This document shows, piece by piece, positions 47,119 to 56,372 of a stretch of DNA of 64,000 nucleotides. Position numbers and translations under genes: made by a program. Each line of letters begins with the position of its first letter. Within the stretch, counting starts at the first letter, position 1. The notes beneath the pieces were generated by a model, which saw nothing but the letters and a program-made list of their open reading frames with translations, ran no database searches and had not been told where the DNA came from. Origin of the DNA: a virus; the IMG/VR virus record IMGVR_UViG_3300024988_000010; one strand, given 5' to 3'.

Positions 47119-47306
47119 ACCGCAAGGATCTCGAGCGCATCGTCGCCTCCCTGAACGACGAACACGGCCGGGGCGGCCAGACCGAGCTCGCCCGCCGGAC
47201 CGGCTGGGACCACAGCACCGTCTGGCGGAAGCTCAACGGGAAGCTGAAGATCAGCCGGGCGGACGCGCTGCTGATCCGCGATGCAGTCCCGGAGTGGGAA
47301 GGATAG
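47115..47306 (+). CDS. small XRE-type HTH protein
   Basis: GTGA overlap. GGQTELARRTGWDHSTVWRKLNG. Confidence 0.75.
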   Translation: MNRKDLERIVASLNDEHGRGGQTELARRTGWDHSTVWRKLNGKLKISRADALLIRDAVPEWEG

Positions 47307-47308
47307 AC

Positions 47309-47866
47309 ATGGAAGGCCGCCTCTCCCGCATCCTCGCCCGGCTCCGCGACGCTTTCCGCCGCGAAGAGACGGCCGTCGATCCTTCATCGGCCATGATCGG
47401 CCTTCCGCCGTCCCAGCGGCCGCGCTGGAGCGATCCCGCCGAACACGCACGCGATTTCTCCGAGCGCTACGCCGAGCCGATCAACATCGAGGTCGAGAGC
47501 CGAATGATGGAGTTGGGCGTCGACCCGGCGAAGATCGGATGGAGGGAGGTGGGCGAGGACCACAAGGCGTTCCATCCGGGGATAGCGGACGCCGGGAACG
47601 TATCCCCGGACGGCCGGATCGTGGTCGGGGCCGGGCTGTTCAACCCCGATCGGATCGCGGAGGTCTACGGGGAGAAGGCGGGGAGGCTGTTCGAAGGCTC
47701 GCGGATCGAGGACAGGCTCGACTCGATCGTCGCCCACGAATACGAAGAGCACCGACATGGGATGAGCCACGTCGAAGCCCTGGATCGCACGCCGAGCACG
47801 GCACTCCCCATCAGCGACCGGGCCCGGGCGATCGCCGCGGCCATGCGCGACGGTTGGAAGCGATAG
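47309..47866 (+). CDS. hypothetical protein with a His/Glu metal-binding-like motif
   Basis: IVAHEYEEHRHGMSHVEAL. Confidence 0.65.
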   Translation: MEGRLSRILARLRDAFRREETAVDPSSAMIGLPPSQRPRWSDPAEHARDFSERYAEPINIEVESRMMELGVDPAKIGWREVGEDHKAFHPGIADAGNVSPDGRIVVGAGLFNPDRIAEVYGEKAGRLFEGSRIEDRLDSIVAHEYEEHRHGMSHVEALDRTPSTALPISDRARAIAAAMRDGWKR

Positions 47867-47872
47867 GCGGGA

Positions 47873-48340
47873 TCACGCCGCCGATCCGGCGTCGTCCAGG
47901 AACTCGAAACGGCGCTCCCAGCCGGTGAACGTGAACCTGAAGACGACCCAGTCGCCCTTGGTGAAGGTCCCCATCGGCATCATGATGTTGGCGTCCACCA
48001 GTTCCCGATAGGCCGGGCGGTTGGATTCGTCGCCATCGGGGTTCTTCCCCTCGATGCAGAGGCGGAGCAGGTCCTTGGCGGCGTCGGAGAGCTCGACCCC
48101 GTCGGGGATGACGTGCCTCGCCCGCTCGATCCGCTCGGACTCCCGATCGACGATCTCCTTCCATTGCGTCCGGCCGGCCTCGGTCAGCCGGAAATCCTCG
48201 CCGTCGGCTTCCATGATCCCGGCCGAGACGAGTTCTCCGAATGCGGGGAGATTCCTGGGATCGGGCCTCATCCGATGGCCCTTGCCTCGGAACCGGAGCA
48301 CGGCGACGGCCGATTCCGACAAACTTTCGGTCTGGAGCAT
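47873..48340 (-). CDS. hypothetical protein with two tandem winged-helix-like repeats
   Basis: The unit LS..A...LR...N.PA(F/Y).ELV.A.IM...F.(L/F)T..G occurs twice. Confidence 0.7.
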   Translation of the reverse strand: MLQTESLSESAVAVLRFRGKGHRMRPDPRNLPAFGELVSAGIMEADGEDFRLTEAGRTQWKEIVDRESERIERARHVIPDGVELSDAAKDLLRLCIEGKNPDGDESNRPAYRELVDANIMMPMGTFTKGDWVVFRFTFTGWERRFEFLDDAGSAA

Positions 48341-48397
48341 GGGCGGCCTCCTTGTGGCCGCATTCTACCCAAGGACGCCGGATCGCGGAATCTGACC

Positions 48398-48985
48398 TCA
48401 GTCGTGCTCTTCAATGTCGTCATCATCCCCATCATCCGAATCCCAAAATGCTTCCGGTAGACGCCACCAGTCGGTACCTGGCTTTTTCCCTTCGGTCGCT
48501 TCGCGAATCGAAACCACGCCGCACTTCTCTCCCTCTGAAGGAATCCGGTAGGCGAATTCGAGCGGGTCACCCGATTTCCCCCACCCCGGCGGCTTAAAGC
48601 TCTGCTCGAGTTTGCTCTTGATTCGACATGCTTCTTCGTAGCTGTCTGGCCGAGCGATGACGGAGGGCGCGTTCTTCGCCAGGCTCCAGCAATAATCGAG
48701 CGACTGATACGTGATCAACCGGATGGCGAAGACGGTCGCGACGGTGAACTCTGGATCTACGGATTCCAGGACAACTTCATAACCGTTGGGGCTATGCTGA
48801 CTGAATGGTGGTTGAACTGTCGCCCGAGGATTGGTGCCATCCTCGGCTGCGGCGGTGAGCCTCTTCGCCTGGTCTTCCCAGTACTGATTCGCCGAATCGT
48901 TGCCGGATGATCGCGACAACTCCAGCAATTTCTCCAGTATCTCGGCCCCTGGGACGTCACTCGATTCGCCGGCTTCGCCTGCCAT
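48398..48985 (-). CDS. hypothetical protein
   Basis: 195 aa, lower GC, acidic C-terminus. Confidence 0.6.
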   Translation of the reverse strand: MAGEAGESSDVPGAEILEKLLELSRSSGNDSANQYWEDQAKRLTAAAEDGTNPRATVQPPFSQHSPNGYEVVLESVDPEFTVATVFAIRLITYQSLDYCWSLAKNAPSVIARPDSYEEACRIKSKLEQSFKPPGWGKSGDPLEFAYRIPSEGEKCGVVSIREATEGKKPGTDWWRLPEAFWDSDDGDDDDIEEHD

Positions 48986-49087
48986 CTCGTCGACTCCCCG
49001 TAGTCGGATTCGATCACTCGCAGGTCACCATTGCAAAGTGATAGAGTAACGAGCGAACCCTAATCGGGGAACGAAAAACGCAACACC

Positions 49088-50314
49088 TCAGAAGCACGTC
49101 TTCCCCCGCACGTCGCAGATGTCGTAAGAGTGGGCCCCGTCCGCGTAGATCTCCGCCAGCGGCAAAGTGGCACCACTCCTCACCGCGAACCGCCCGTGCT
49201 TCTCGTTCACGGCCTTCTTCAGGGCCGATACCGTCTTCACCCGCTCCGACGCGCCCTCGAACAGCGTCAGTTGCCGCTCGCCCTTGGGCCGGAGGTCGTC
49301 CGCAAATAAGTGCATCCGGCCCGCCGGGGTGCCGGGGATGTAAGCCTGGCGCAGGCACGGCCTCAGGGCTTCCAGCAAGACGTCGAACTGGTCGGCGGGC
49401 TCCGGGAGGCTCGCCCTGCCCTCCCCGGCCCGCCCGTTCTTGTACCCCACCCAGACCACGACGCGGCCGGTCACGACGCCGTGGAAGGACAGCTCCTCGA
49501 TCAGCCGCTCCAGGTTCCGCACCAGCCACGCCCAGAGCGTGCCGGGATCCTCGGTCGCCTCGCCGAAGCTGCCGCCGCGCGAGAGCATCTTGTGCGGGAT
49601 GCGGCTGGTGTGGATGGGCAGGACCGGGTCGCCGTTCAGCTCCCACCACAGGGCCTCGCCCGAGGCGGTCAGCAGCTGGCGGGCGATGCGGCGGTCCATC
49701 CGGGCGAAATCCAGGCACGTCGAGACGCCCCAGGGAGAGAGCCGGGCGGCCCTCCTGCCCGCGATCCCCGAGACCTCGGTGACGGGGGTCGCGGCCAGCA
49801 GCGCCTCCTCCGCCTCCCGCCCCAGCACCGCACGCGCCCCGAACGGCTTGGCCGTGTCCGAGATCAGCTTCGCCAGCGTCTTCGTCCGCCCGATCCCCAC
49901 CGTCGCCGGGACCCTCACCCTCTCGAATATCCGGTCGCGGATCATCTCGGCGAAGGCCTGCTCGTCCTGGCCCTTGGATAGATGCGGCTGGAAGAAGAAC
50001 TCGTCGATCGAGTAGTACTCCACCCGGGGCGAATACTCCCTCACCACGTCGAGCATCAGGCGCGAGAGCACCTCGTACCAGCGGAAGTCCCGCTTCACGT
50101 AAGCCCCGTCCGGGCACTTCTTCACCGCGTCCCAGATCGGCTCGCCGGTCTTCACCCCCGCGGACTTCATCTCATACGACTTCGCGATGACGCAGGCCCC
50201 CTGGTTGCCGATCACCGCGAGGGGGAGTCCCTGGAAGTGCTCGTACCGCACCCGCTCGGCGGAGACGTAGAAGCAATCCGCATCAACGTGGCCTACTGGA
50301 TTTGCGTTCCCCAT
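49088..50314 (-). CDS. Y-family DNA polymerase (UmuC/DinB-like)
   Basis: HVDADCFYVS, CVIAKSYE.K..GVKTG, YSIDEFF, GIGRTKTLAKL. Start may be 50314 or 50350. Confidence 0.93.
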   Translation of the reverse strand: MGNANPVGHVDADCFYVSAERVRYEHFQGLPLAVIGNQGACVIAKSYEMKSAGVKTGEPIWDAVKKCPDGAYVKRDFRWYEVLSRLMLDVVREYSPRVEYYSIDEFFFQPHLSKGQDEQAFAEMIRDRIFERVRVPATVGIGRTKTLAKLISDTAKPFGARAVLGREAEEALLAATPVTEVSGIAGRRAARLSPWGVSTCLDFARMDRRIARQLLTASGEALWWELNGDPVLPIHTSRIPHKMLSRGGSFGEATEDPGTLWAWLVRNLERLIEELSFHGVVTGRVVVWVGYKNGRAGEGRASLPEPADQFDVLLEALRPCLRQAYIPGTPAGRMHLFADDLRPKGERQLTLFEGASERVKTVSALKKAVNEKHGRFAVRSGATLPLAEIYADGAHSYDICDVRGKTCF

Positions 50315-50388
50315 GGACTCCCGTATACTTTGGCGCGGGGGTTTCGACAAGGCGGGAGCGGGCGGAATCGGGGGCGGCGGGATCGACG

Positions 50389-50859
50389 GTGTGCCTCGGA
50401 ATCGCGCTGATAGGGAGCGAGCTGCCCACGGAGCTGGTCGGGCGTCACAATCTGGCCGAGCGGCTCTACGTCCGGGCCGGGAGGCCGGAATACCGCTTCC
50501 TCTACCGGGAGCCGCGGCCGCGGCTCCCCGTCGTCCGGGACGGCGTCCTGAGGCTCGCGCGCTGGGGCAACCACACGCGCCGCAGCCTGACGCTGCCCAG
50601 GACCGGCTGGACGTGGAAGTCGAGCATCGAGGCGGGACGGTGGGCTGGCTCGGGCGGCGTGTACGTCGACATCCCGGCGAACTTCGGCCTGGAGAGGCGG
50701 GGCGTCTGGTACGCGATCGAGGTGGGGATCAAGGGCATCCTCGTGCCCGACGAGTACGGCCGCGCGGTCGCCTACATGATCTGCGAGCCGGCCAGCCACT
50801 ATTACCGCGTCATGACCGGGTCGGAGCGGATGCCGGTGTTCATCGGTCAGAAGATTTGA
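50389..50859 (+). CDS. divergent SRAP (SOS-response-associated peptidase)-like protein
   Basis: GTG start gives Met-Cys (MCLGIAL). RWG motif and C-terminal RMPVFI. Divergent from the Y-family polymerase. Confidence 0.55.
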   Translation: MCLGIALIGSELPTELVGRHNLAERLYVRAGRPEYRFLYREPRPRLPVVRDGVLRLARWGNHTRRSLTLPRTGWTWKSSIEAGRWAGSGGVYVDIPANFGLERRGVWYAIEVGIKGILVPDEYGRAVAYMICEPASHYYRVMTGSERMPVFIGQKI

Positions 50860-50968
50860 GGCGAGTTTCCCGGACGCGCCGATCGGCGGGAAGTTCAAGG
50901 CGTCGGAAGAGGGCTTCGTGCAGGACGTGAGTCCCGGGCGCGGGTAGGGTTCGACTCGGAGGTGACGC

Positions 50969-51217
50969 ATGGAAACGATCTGGACCGGACGGTTGATCGG
51001 GACGTTCTGCGGCTACGGGCGAGGCCGGGTCTACAAGCTCTCGGACGACAGCGTCTGGGTGCAGGAAGACGCCATCGACGAGCCCGGCTATCTGGAAGGC
51101 GCCGAGGTTCGGCTGCTGACCAGACGCGGCTCCGGGATCATCTTCCTGCTCGTCGAAGGGGCGACGGCCAGGGTGCGGGTGGGCCTTGTCGAAAGCCCGA
51201 TGAGATCGGCCGGCTGA
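50969..51217 (+). CDS. small beta-rich hypothetical protein
   Basis: GTFCGY...VYKLSDDSVWVQ. Paralog at 55716. Confidence 0.65.
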   Translation: METIWTGRLIGTFCGYGRGRVYKLSDDSVWVQEDAIDEPGYLEGAEVRLLTRRGSGIIFLLVEGATARVRVGLVESPMRSAG

Positions 51218-51358
51218 AATCCGCCGGACGGGGTCGCGACGATTCGGCCGACCCGGCCGGGCCCCGCGGCGTCGATGCGCAAACAAATGCCATTGCCCGG
51301 CTTAGGCGGCGGATGGAATACTCCTCCCATCCCATACCTCATACCGGAGCTCCACGAC

Positions 51359-51775
51359 ATGGCCCGCTCGCGCGCGCAGAAGAACACGAAGCCTGAAATC
51401 CACGAAGAGGCCGAGGTCGCCGGAGGCGGCGTTATCGACGGGAACGGCTCACCCGCCATCTCCAAGGCCCAGGCCGTCCGCAACGCTCTGGGGGAAGGGC
51501 TGGAAGACCTCGGAGACATCGAGGGATTCGTGAAGTCGCACTACGGGATCGACATCCCTCGGCAGATGATCAGCGCGTACAAGGCCATGGAGAAGAAGCG
51601 GGCCGAGAAGAGTGGCAAGGCGGAGCGGAAGCCTCGCGGCGGCGAGACGGCCCCGGCCCGCAAATCCTCGCGGGCCGGCGAGATGGACGTCCTCGAGGCC
51701 CTGGAGGCCATGAAGCCGCTGGTCGAAGCCCTCGGCGTGGAGAAGGTCAAGCGGCTGGCGGACCTGCTGGGCTGA
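51359..51775 (+). CDS. small basic DNA-binding-like protein
   Basis: ISKAQAVRNAL...ISAYK, Lys/Arg-rich linker, LVEALGVEKVKRLADLLG. Confidence 0.65.
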   Translation: MARSRAQKNTKPEIHEEAEVAGGGVIDGNGSPAISKAQAVRNALGEGLEDLGDIEGFVKSHYGIDIPRQMISAYKAMEKKRAEKSGKAERKPRGGETAPARKSSRAGEMDVLEALEAMKPLVEALGVEKVKRLADLLG

Positions 51776-51869
51776 TCCCGTCGATCTCGCAGGCCCTCGC
51801 GTCCAGAGTCACATCGTCGCTTTTCGTGAACACCTGGACATGAGCCCCGTCCTGACGCATTCTTGCGGT

Positions 51870-52508
51870 ATGAAAGGCGCCCTCAGAATCCCCCTGCTCT
51901 TCCTGCTGATCTTCGCCGCTCCCGGCTGCTTCGCGGACTACCCCGCGAAAGTCGTCGGCGTCTCGGACGGCGACACCCTGACCGTGCTCACCGCCGAGAA
52001 GAGGCAGGTGAAGATACGCCTGCACGGGATCGACGCCCCGGAGTCGGGCCAGGATTTCGGCCAGCGGGCGAAGCAGGCCGCGTCCGAGCTGGCCTTCGGC
52101 AAGGCCGTGACAATCAGGCCGGTGGATACGGACCGCTACGGCAGGACCGTGGCCGAGGTTACGCTGCCTGACGGCCGGAGCCTGAACCGGGAGCTCACGC
52201 GCGAAGGCTGCTGCTGGTGGTACCGTGCCTACGCTCCGAACGACCGGACGCTGGCCTCGCTCGAGGCCCAGGCGAAGGCGGCGAAGCGTGGCCTCTGGAG
52301 CCAACCGGGAGCGATCCCGCCGTGGGACTGGCGGAAGGGCGTGGGCGTCCCCGCCGGGACCGGGGTGGTCGGCAACCGCAGCAGCAGGGTGTATCACGCA
52401 CCCCACTGCGGCGGAGCGGCCCGGATGAGCGAGAAGAACCGGGTGGAGTTCGGGTCGGCCGAAGAAGCCGAGAAGGCCGGGTATCGGCGGGCGGGGGATT
52501 GTCAGTGA
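51870..52508 (+). CDS. secreted thermonuclease (SNase) with an Ada-like metal-binding domain
   Basis: Signal peptide. DGDT...IRLHGIDAPE...DRYGRT...RGLW, then GNRSSRVYH.PHC...AEKAGYR.A.DC. Confidence 0.92.
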   Translation: MKGALRIPLLFLLIFAAPGCFADYPAKVVGVSDGDTLTVLTAEKRQVKIRLHGIDAPESGQDFGQRAKQAASELAFGKAVTIRPVDTDRYGRTVAEVTLPDGRSLNRELTREGCCWWYRAYAPNDRTLASLEAQAKAAKRGLWSQPGAIPPWDWRKGVGVPAGTGVVGNRSSRVYHAPHCGGAARMSEKNRVEFGSAEEAEKAGYRRAGDCQ

Positions 52509-52560
52509 CGCGACGGAACCGGAATTGCTCGCTTCCCTGACCAGAACATGGGAGCAAGCC

Positions 52561-52816
52561 ATGGCCAAGAAGACCGGCGACGTCTCGATCGGCAAGTTCG
52601 ACATCCTGGCGACCTACACCTACGCCAAGGGCCTGCTCGACGGCCTGGACGATGAGTAACCCTTCGATCTTCGCCGAACAGCTCGACCGGTTGACGCGCC
52701 GCCAGCAGAACGACAAGCTGGCGACGGCCATGACTGTGACGTCCTGCGCCCTGCTCGCGGCCACGGTTTGCCGCCAGCTGATGGCGGATCTCAGGGAGAA
52801 AGACCATGAGGGATAA
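52561..52816 (+). pseudogene. two short overlapping ORFs, probably gene remnants
   Basis: MAKKTGDVSIGKFDILATYTYAKGLLDGLDDE* (52561-52659) ends abruptly and overlaps a 54-aa ORF (52652-52816). Confidence 0.35.
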
Positions 52817-52844
52817 TTGAAGGAGCCTGGGCACGGGCCGTTAA

Positions 52845-55550
52845 TCAGTTCAAGTTGGGGTCAGCAACACGCTTGCGGGCACGCTTCCTCATGCCGATCA
52901 GAGCTGCCACATCATTCATCAGAAGCTCGTGATTCACCGGGTCCTCGACCTTTGGGCCGTGAAGAAGCCGGTGCATCATGATTTCCGCTTCCGGTTTGTC
53001 CAGCAGAGAAAACCCGTTCAGCTTGCTTTCCCCTATAATCCGCATCAACGCTGGAGTAAACAGGAGCCATCGCTTGGATATTTCGTGCAGATTTTCATGC
53101 ACAACATCCCATATATGGGTCAGAAATTGTTCCCTGATAAAAACGATCAGCATTCCTGGGTGACCGCTTGCCAAGCGGTGCTCAGCCCACAAGTAGTCGG
53201 CGGCCCCCTGCATTCTGGTTCTTTCCATGCTATTGGTGATAATAATGTGGCCATCCAGCTTGTTGCCTTCAGTCTTCATCCAATCGCTATCACTCCAAGT
53301 GTTAATATAATCGATCATCTGCCGCTGTTCTTTGATTCCGAAGTCGTACGAGCTAGCTGAGTACTTGGCGTCGTAGGTAAAGTTGTATTTAACCGGAGCC
53401 TTGAGATCGTTTTTTTCATAACAGGTAAAGCTGATGAACCCGTCCGGCTTGTCATTGCCGCCCAGCTTGAATGAGTATGGGAGAAGGCGGCGTAGGATGT
53501 TGTACACCTCCGCTTCGTACTGAGCGCCATCATATCCTGCAGGCTTGTTTTCGATGATCTCACGCGACACCCTCGACGCTTTCACCACCCGTTCGTGCTC
53601 CATCTGAAGCAGTGTTTTGACATATCTCAGAAGGGATTTCTTGAAGCTTTTCCTCGATTGCTTCTCCTCCAAAGCCGTCAGAATGCAGGGTAGACCGAGG
53701 TGTGCGATGCCGCTCTCGTCGATCGCCGGTGCCCGCTGTTCGCCCAAAGGGTTGACGACAAGAATCGGGAACATCGATCGCTGGAATTTTTCAACCTTCA
53801 CTAAACTGAATCGAGTATTGAGGAATACATAGATGGATTTGCTGGCAATATCTGGCGAACTGAGTTGGTGTAGTGCGACCCCTTCAAAGTTCTTTTCCGC
53901 AGTGAATTTCCAGTCGGTCACAAGCTGCAGGATTTTCTTTATGAACTTAGGTACTTCCTTATCATTTCTCTCATAGCGAAGATGGCTATCGAACTTGATC
54001 GGCGCGTCACACGACGGGCAGTTGGCCGCCGACTTCCCTTTGATTGCTTGGTTGTTACGGACGCATCCGATGTTTATGCATCTGCCGGTCGCGACCATGA
54101 CCTCTTTGATGAGGTTCCGCGCCTGAAGAGCGGATAGCTGCTTCTGCTGGTAGCTCCTGATCTGGCTCGCGTCTACGCCGCTCAACAGATAGTGATAGAC
54201 GTCGGTGGCCCCCATAATCATCCGTGTGGGGTCGATCCGCTGGTCCAGCGGTATGTCGAACGCCTTCAAAAAGGCCCTTTTGGCTCCTTCTTTGTGTGCC
54301 TCGTCTATGCCCGCGTCGTTCATGCGGAGCACCACCGCCCCTCCGCGTTCTGGCTCCACTGCGACGGGAATGGTTGCACCATCGAATCGGATCGTGATCG
54401 ATCTCAGATCGGCGAGAGAGGACAGCTTCAATACGCCGTGATCGCGCAGCCAGATGAGTTCTTCCCGGATACTCCGATTGTGCTCGGCGGCGGTGAGCAT
54501 CAGCTCGCTAGCTGTCGGCAGCGACGAATATTTGAAGTCGAGCGACAGCAGGTCGATTCCGGTGGATTCATCGTAGTCCCCAAGCAATTTCTTGGAGACA
54601 GAATCTGGCTCATAATCTTCGTAGAGCGTTTTGCTCGTGTCTTTCAACACAACATCAAACTCGGACTTGAACCAATCGACAATCGCTGTTCCGATGGCCT
54701 TGTTCGGGGTCTTGAGGATTAGCTTTTTACTCTCGACGTCCAGTCCAAATACCACGCGGCCAAAGTCATTTTGAAGTCGATACCATCTTCGATAGTCAGA
54801 TTTAACACGGGTGGGGTAACGGCGATGCACGAGGATCGCAACCACCCCCTGGTTCACAGTCCTGAGGCCTCGGTACGCGTAATCTTCTGATGGCTTCAGA
54901 GAGTCTAATGATCGAATCAGAGCTTCTTGCTTTCCCTGCAGGGATTCTTGCAAATCGCTCGGGATCTCCCCTTCGATCGCATACTCGCAAGTGGTGACGG
55001 CCTTTCGCCAAACGTAACGGTAGTTGATCGTTTCAAGGTCCGAAGGGTTGCGTACGTAGATGGCGAAGAGCTTAGTGAATTGAAGAATCGTCCGGGCTCG
55101 GCCTTTCGAAATGTGGTGTATCTCTGCCTCGATCTTCTGGGCGAGCTGGGATGGGAAATGATTGTCGAAGTGTTCCTTGACTGCGGACGCGTTCTGACTG
55201 AGGAACGTCGCGAGACAGGCCAGAAGGCGAGAGTGCTCGGATTGGACGAGCCTATGAGAAATTGGCTGAGGAAGCAGCTCGTCCTCTCGAACTGGCACCC
55301 CTAGTTTTCCGCAAAGGTAGAGCAAGTTGCCGAGACTCAACTGGACGAGAACCCTCTGGGTTCGCTCGCTATAACCTTCCTTCGTTTCGGGTAACTCCAA
55401 GCTGTCCGGATACACCTGGAGCGCCTGCCAGTACTCCTTGTCGCGGATGGGGACCGATTCGACTGATGCCGTTGGCTGCTGCGTATCTGAGGCTGCTTCC
55501 TCAGCAGGAAACGCCGGGGTCGAATCCTCGACAGGCAAGTCGTCCGCCAT
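52845..55550 (-). CDS. 901-aa protein with a zinc ribbon and C-terminal restriction-endonuclease-like domain
   Basis: RCINIGC...CPSC zinc motif. YEAEV...KPDG...YDAK...RQMIDYI PD-(D/E)XK-like motif. Markedly lower GC. Confidence 0.75.
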   Translation of the reverse strand: MADDLPVEDSTPAFPAEEAASDTQQPTASVESVPIRDKEYWQALQVYPDSLELPETKEGYSERTQRVLVQLSLGNLLYLCGKLGVPVREDELLPQPISHRLVQSEHSRLLACLATFLSQNASAVKEHFDNHFPSQLAQKIEAEIHHISKGRARTILQFTKLFAIYVRNPSDLETINYRYVWRKAVTTCEYAIEGEIPSDLQESLQGKQEALIRSLDSLKPSEDYAYRGLRTVNQGVVAILVHRRYPTRVKSDYRRWYRLQNDFGRVVFGLDVESKKLILKTPNKAIGTAIVDWFKSEFDVVLKDTSKTLYEDYEPDSVSKKLLGDYDESTGIDLLSLDFKYSSLPTASELMLTAAEHNRSIREELIWLRDHGVLKLSSLADLRSITIRFDGATIPVAVEPERGGAVVLRMNDAGIDEAHKEGAKRAFLKAFDIPLDQRIDPTRMIMGATDVYHYLLSGVDASQIRSYQQKQLSALQARNLIKEVMVATGRCINIGCVRNNQAIKGKSAANCPSCDAPIKFDSHLRYERNDKEVPKFIKKILQLVTDWKFTAEKNFEGVALHQLSSPDIASKSIYVFLNTRFSLVKVEKFQRSMFPILVVNPLGEQRAPAIDESGIAHLGLPCILTALEEKQSRKSFKKSLLRYVKTLLQMEHERVVKASRVSREIIENKPAGYDGAQYEAEVYNILRRLLPYSFKLGGNDKPDGFISFTCYEKNDLKAPVKYNFTYDAKYSASSYDFGIKEQRQMIDYINTWSDSDWMKTEGNKLDGHIIITNSMERTRMQGAADYLWAEHRLASGHPGMLIVFIREQFLTHIWDVVHENLHEISKRWLLFTPALMRIIGESKLNGFSLLDKPEAEIMMHRLLHGPKVEDPVNHELLMNDVAALIGMRKRARKRVADPNLN

Positions 55551-55715
55551 CGACGCGTCCTCGAAGGTGGGATGGGTGGCCCAATCCCAAATATACCATC
55601 TTCTTGGATCGGCTGGTCCAACATCGAGATGACGGCCATTTCACGCTTTACGGTTTCCATCAACTGGCCACCCGGACACTGCTCACGCGGTAACCTCCCC
55701 CCCGGAGGTCAACCC

Positions 55716-55967
55716 ATGGACACAGTCTCGGAATGTGTGCTGTCCGGCACTTTCTACGGCTAAAAGCCGGATCGCGTGTTCGAACTGTCCGACGGCACGC
55801 GCTGGCGGCAGGATGACGGCATCGACGAGCCGGGCTACTCTGAGTTCCCGCCCGCCAAGCTGCTAACGAAGCCCGGCTCCGGCATGATCCACATGGCGGT
55901 GGGGCAGGCGATCGCCATGGTGCGGGTGGTTCCGCTCGACCACGGACGGAAAGTCCGGGAGCTATGA
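55716..55967 (+). pseudogene. nonsense-interrupted paralog of 50969-51217
   Basis: GTFYG*KPDRVFELSDGTRWRQDDGIDEPGY aligns with GTFCGYGRGRVYKLSDDSVWVQEDAIDEPGY. TAA at 55761-55763 falls at the Tyr position. Confidence 0.75.
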
Positions 55968-56126
55968 TTCCCCGGATGATACGCGCCTTCCTCCTGCTCT
56001 CGCTGCTGGCTTTGACCATCGCCTGCGCTGGCGAGGGCTGCCCGGCCCATGTCGTCGTATTAGCCTGACGAGCTACCGGGCTGCTCTACCCCGCAAGCCG
56101 TCTCCATATCATCTTTCCACCTTCGC

Positions 56127-56345
56127 TCAAGCGAGCGTTCCACACTCCAGCATCACCGCCATCCGCTTCCCGGCCTCGGTCAGGGCGTAGAAGCTCTCCC
56201 GGCCCCCGGCGAAGCTGTGCCCGGCGATCATCACCCCTTCTCGCACCAGCTCGCGGAAGGCTTCGCGGTTGGAATTGACCACGGGCATATCGCCGTTTCG
56301 CTCGACGAACAGCCGGAACCCGATGAGGGCGGTGTCGGACAGCAT
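56127..56345 (-). CDS. single-repeat paralog of the 47873 protein
   Basis: LSDTA...NREAFRELVREGVM...YALTEAG. Confidence 0.65.
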   Translation of the reverse strand: MLSDTALIGFRLFVERNGDMPVVNSNREAFRELVREGVMIAGHSFAGGRESFYALTEAGKRMAVMLECGTLA

Positions 56346-56372
56346 CAGGCACCTCCGAAGGTTCCAGCCGCT

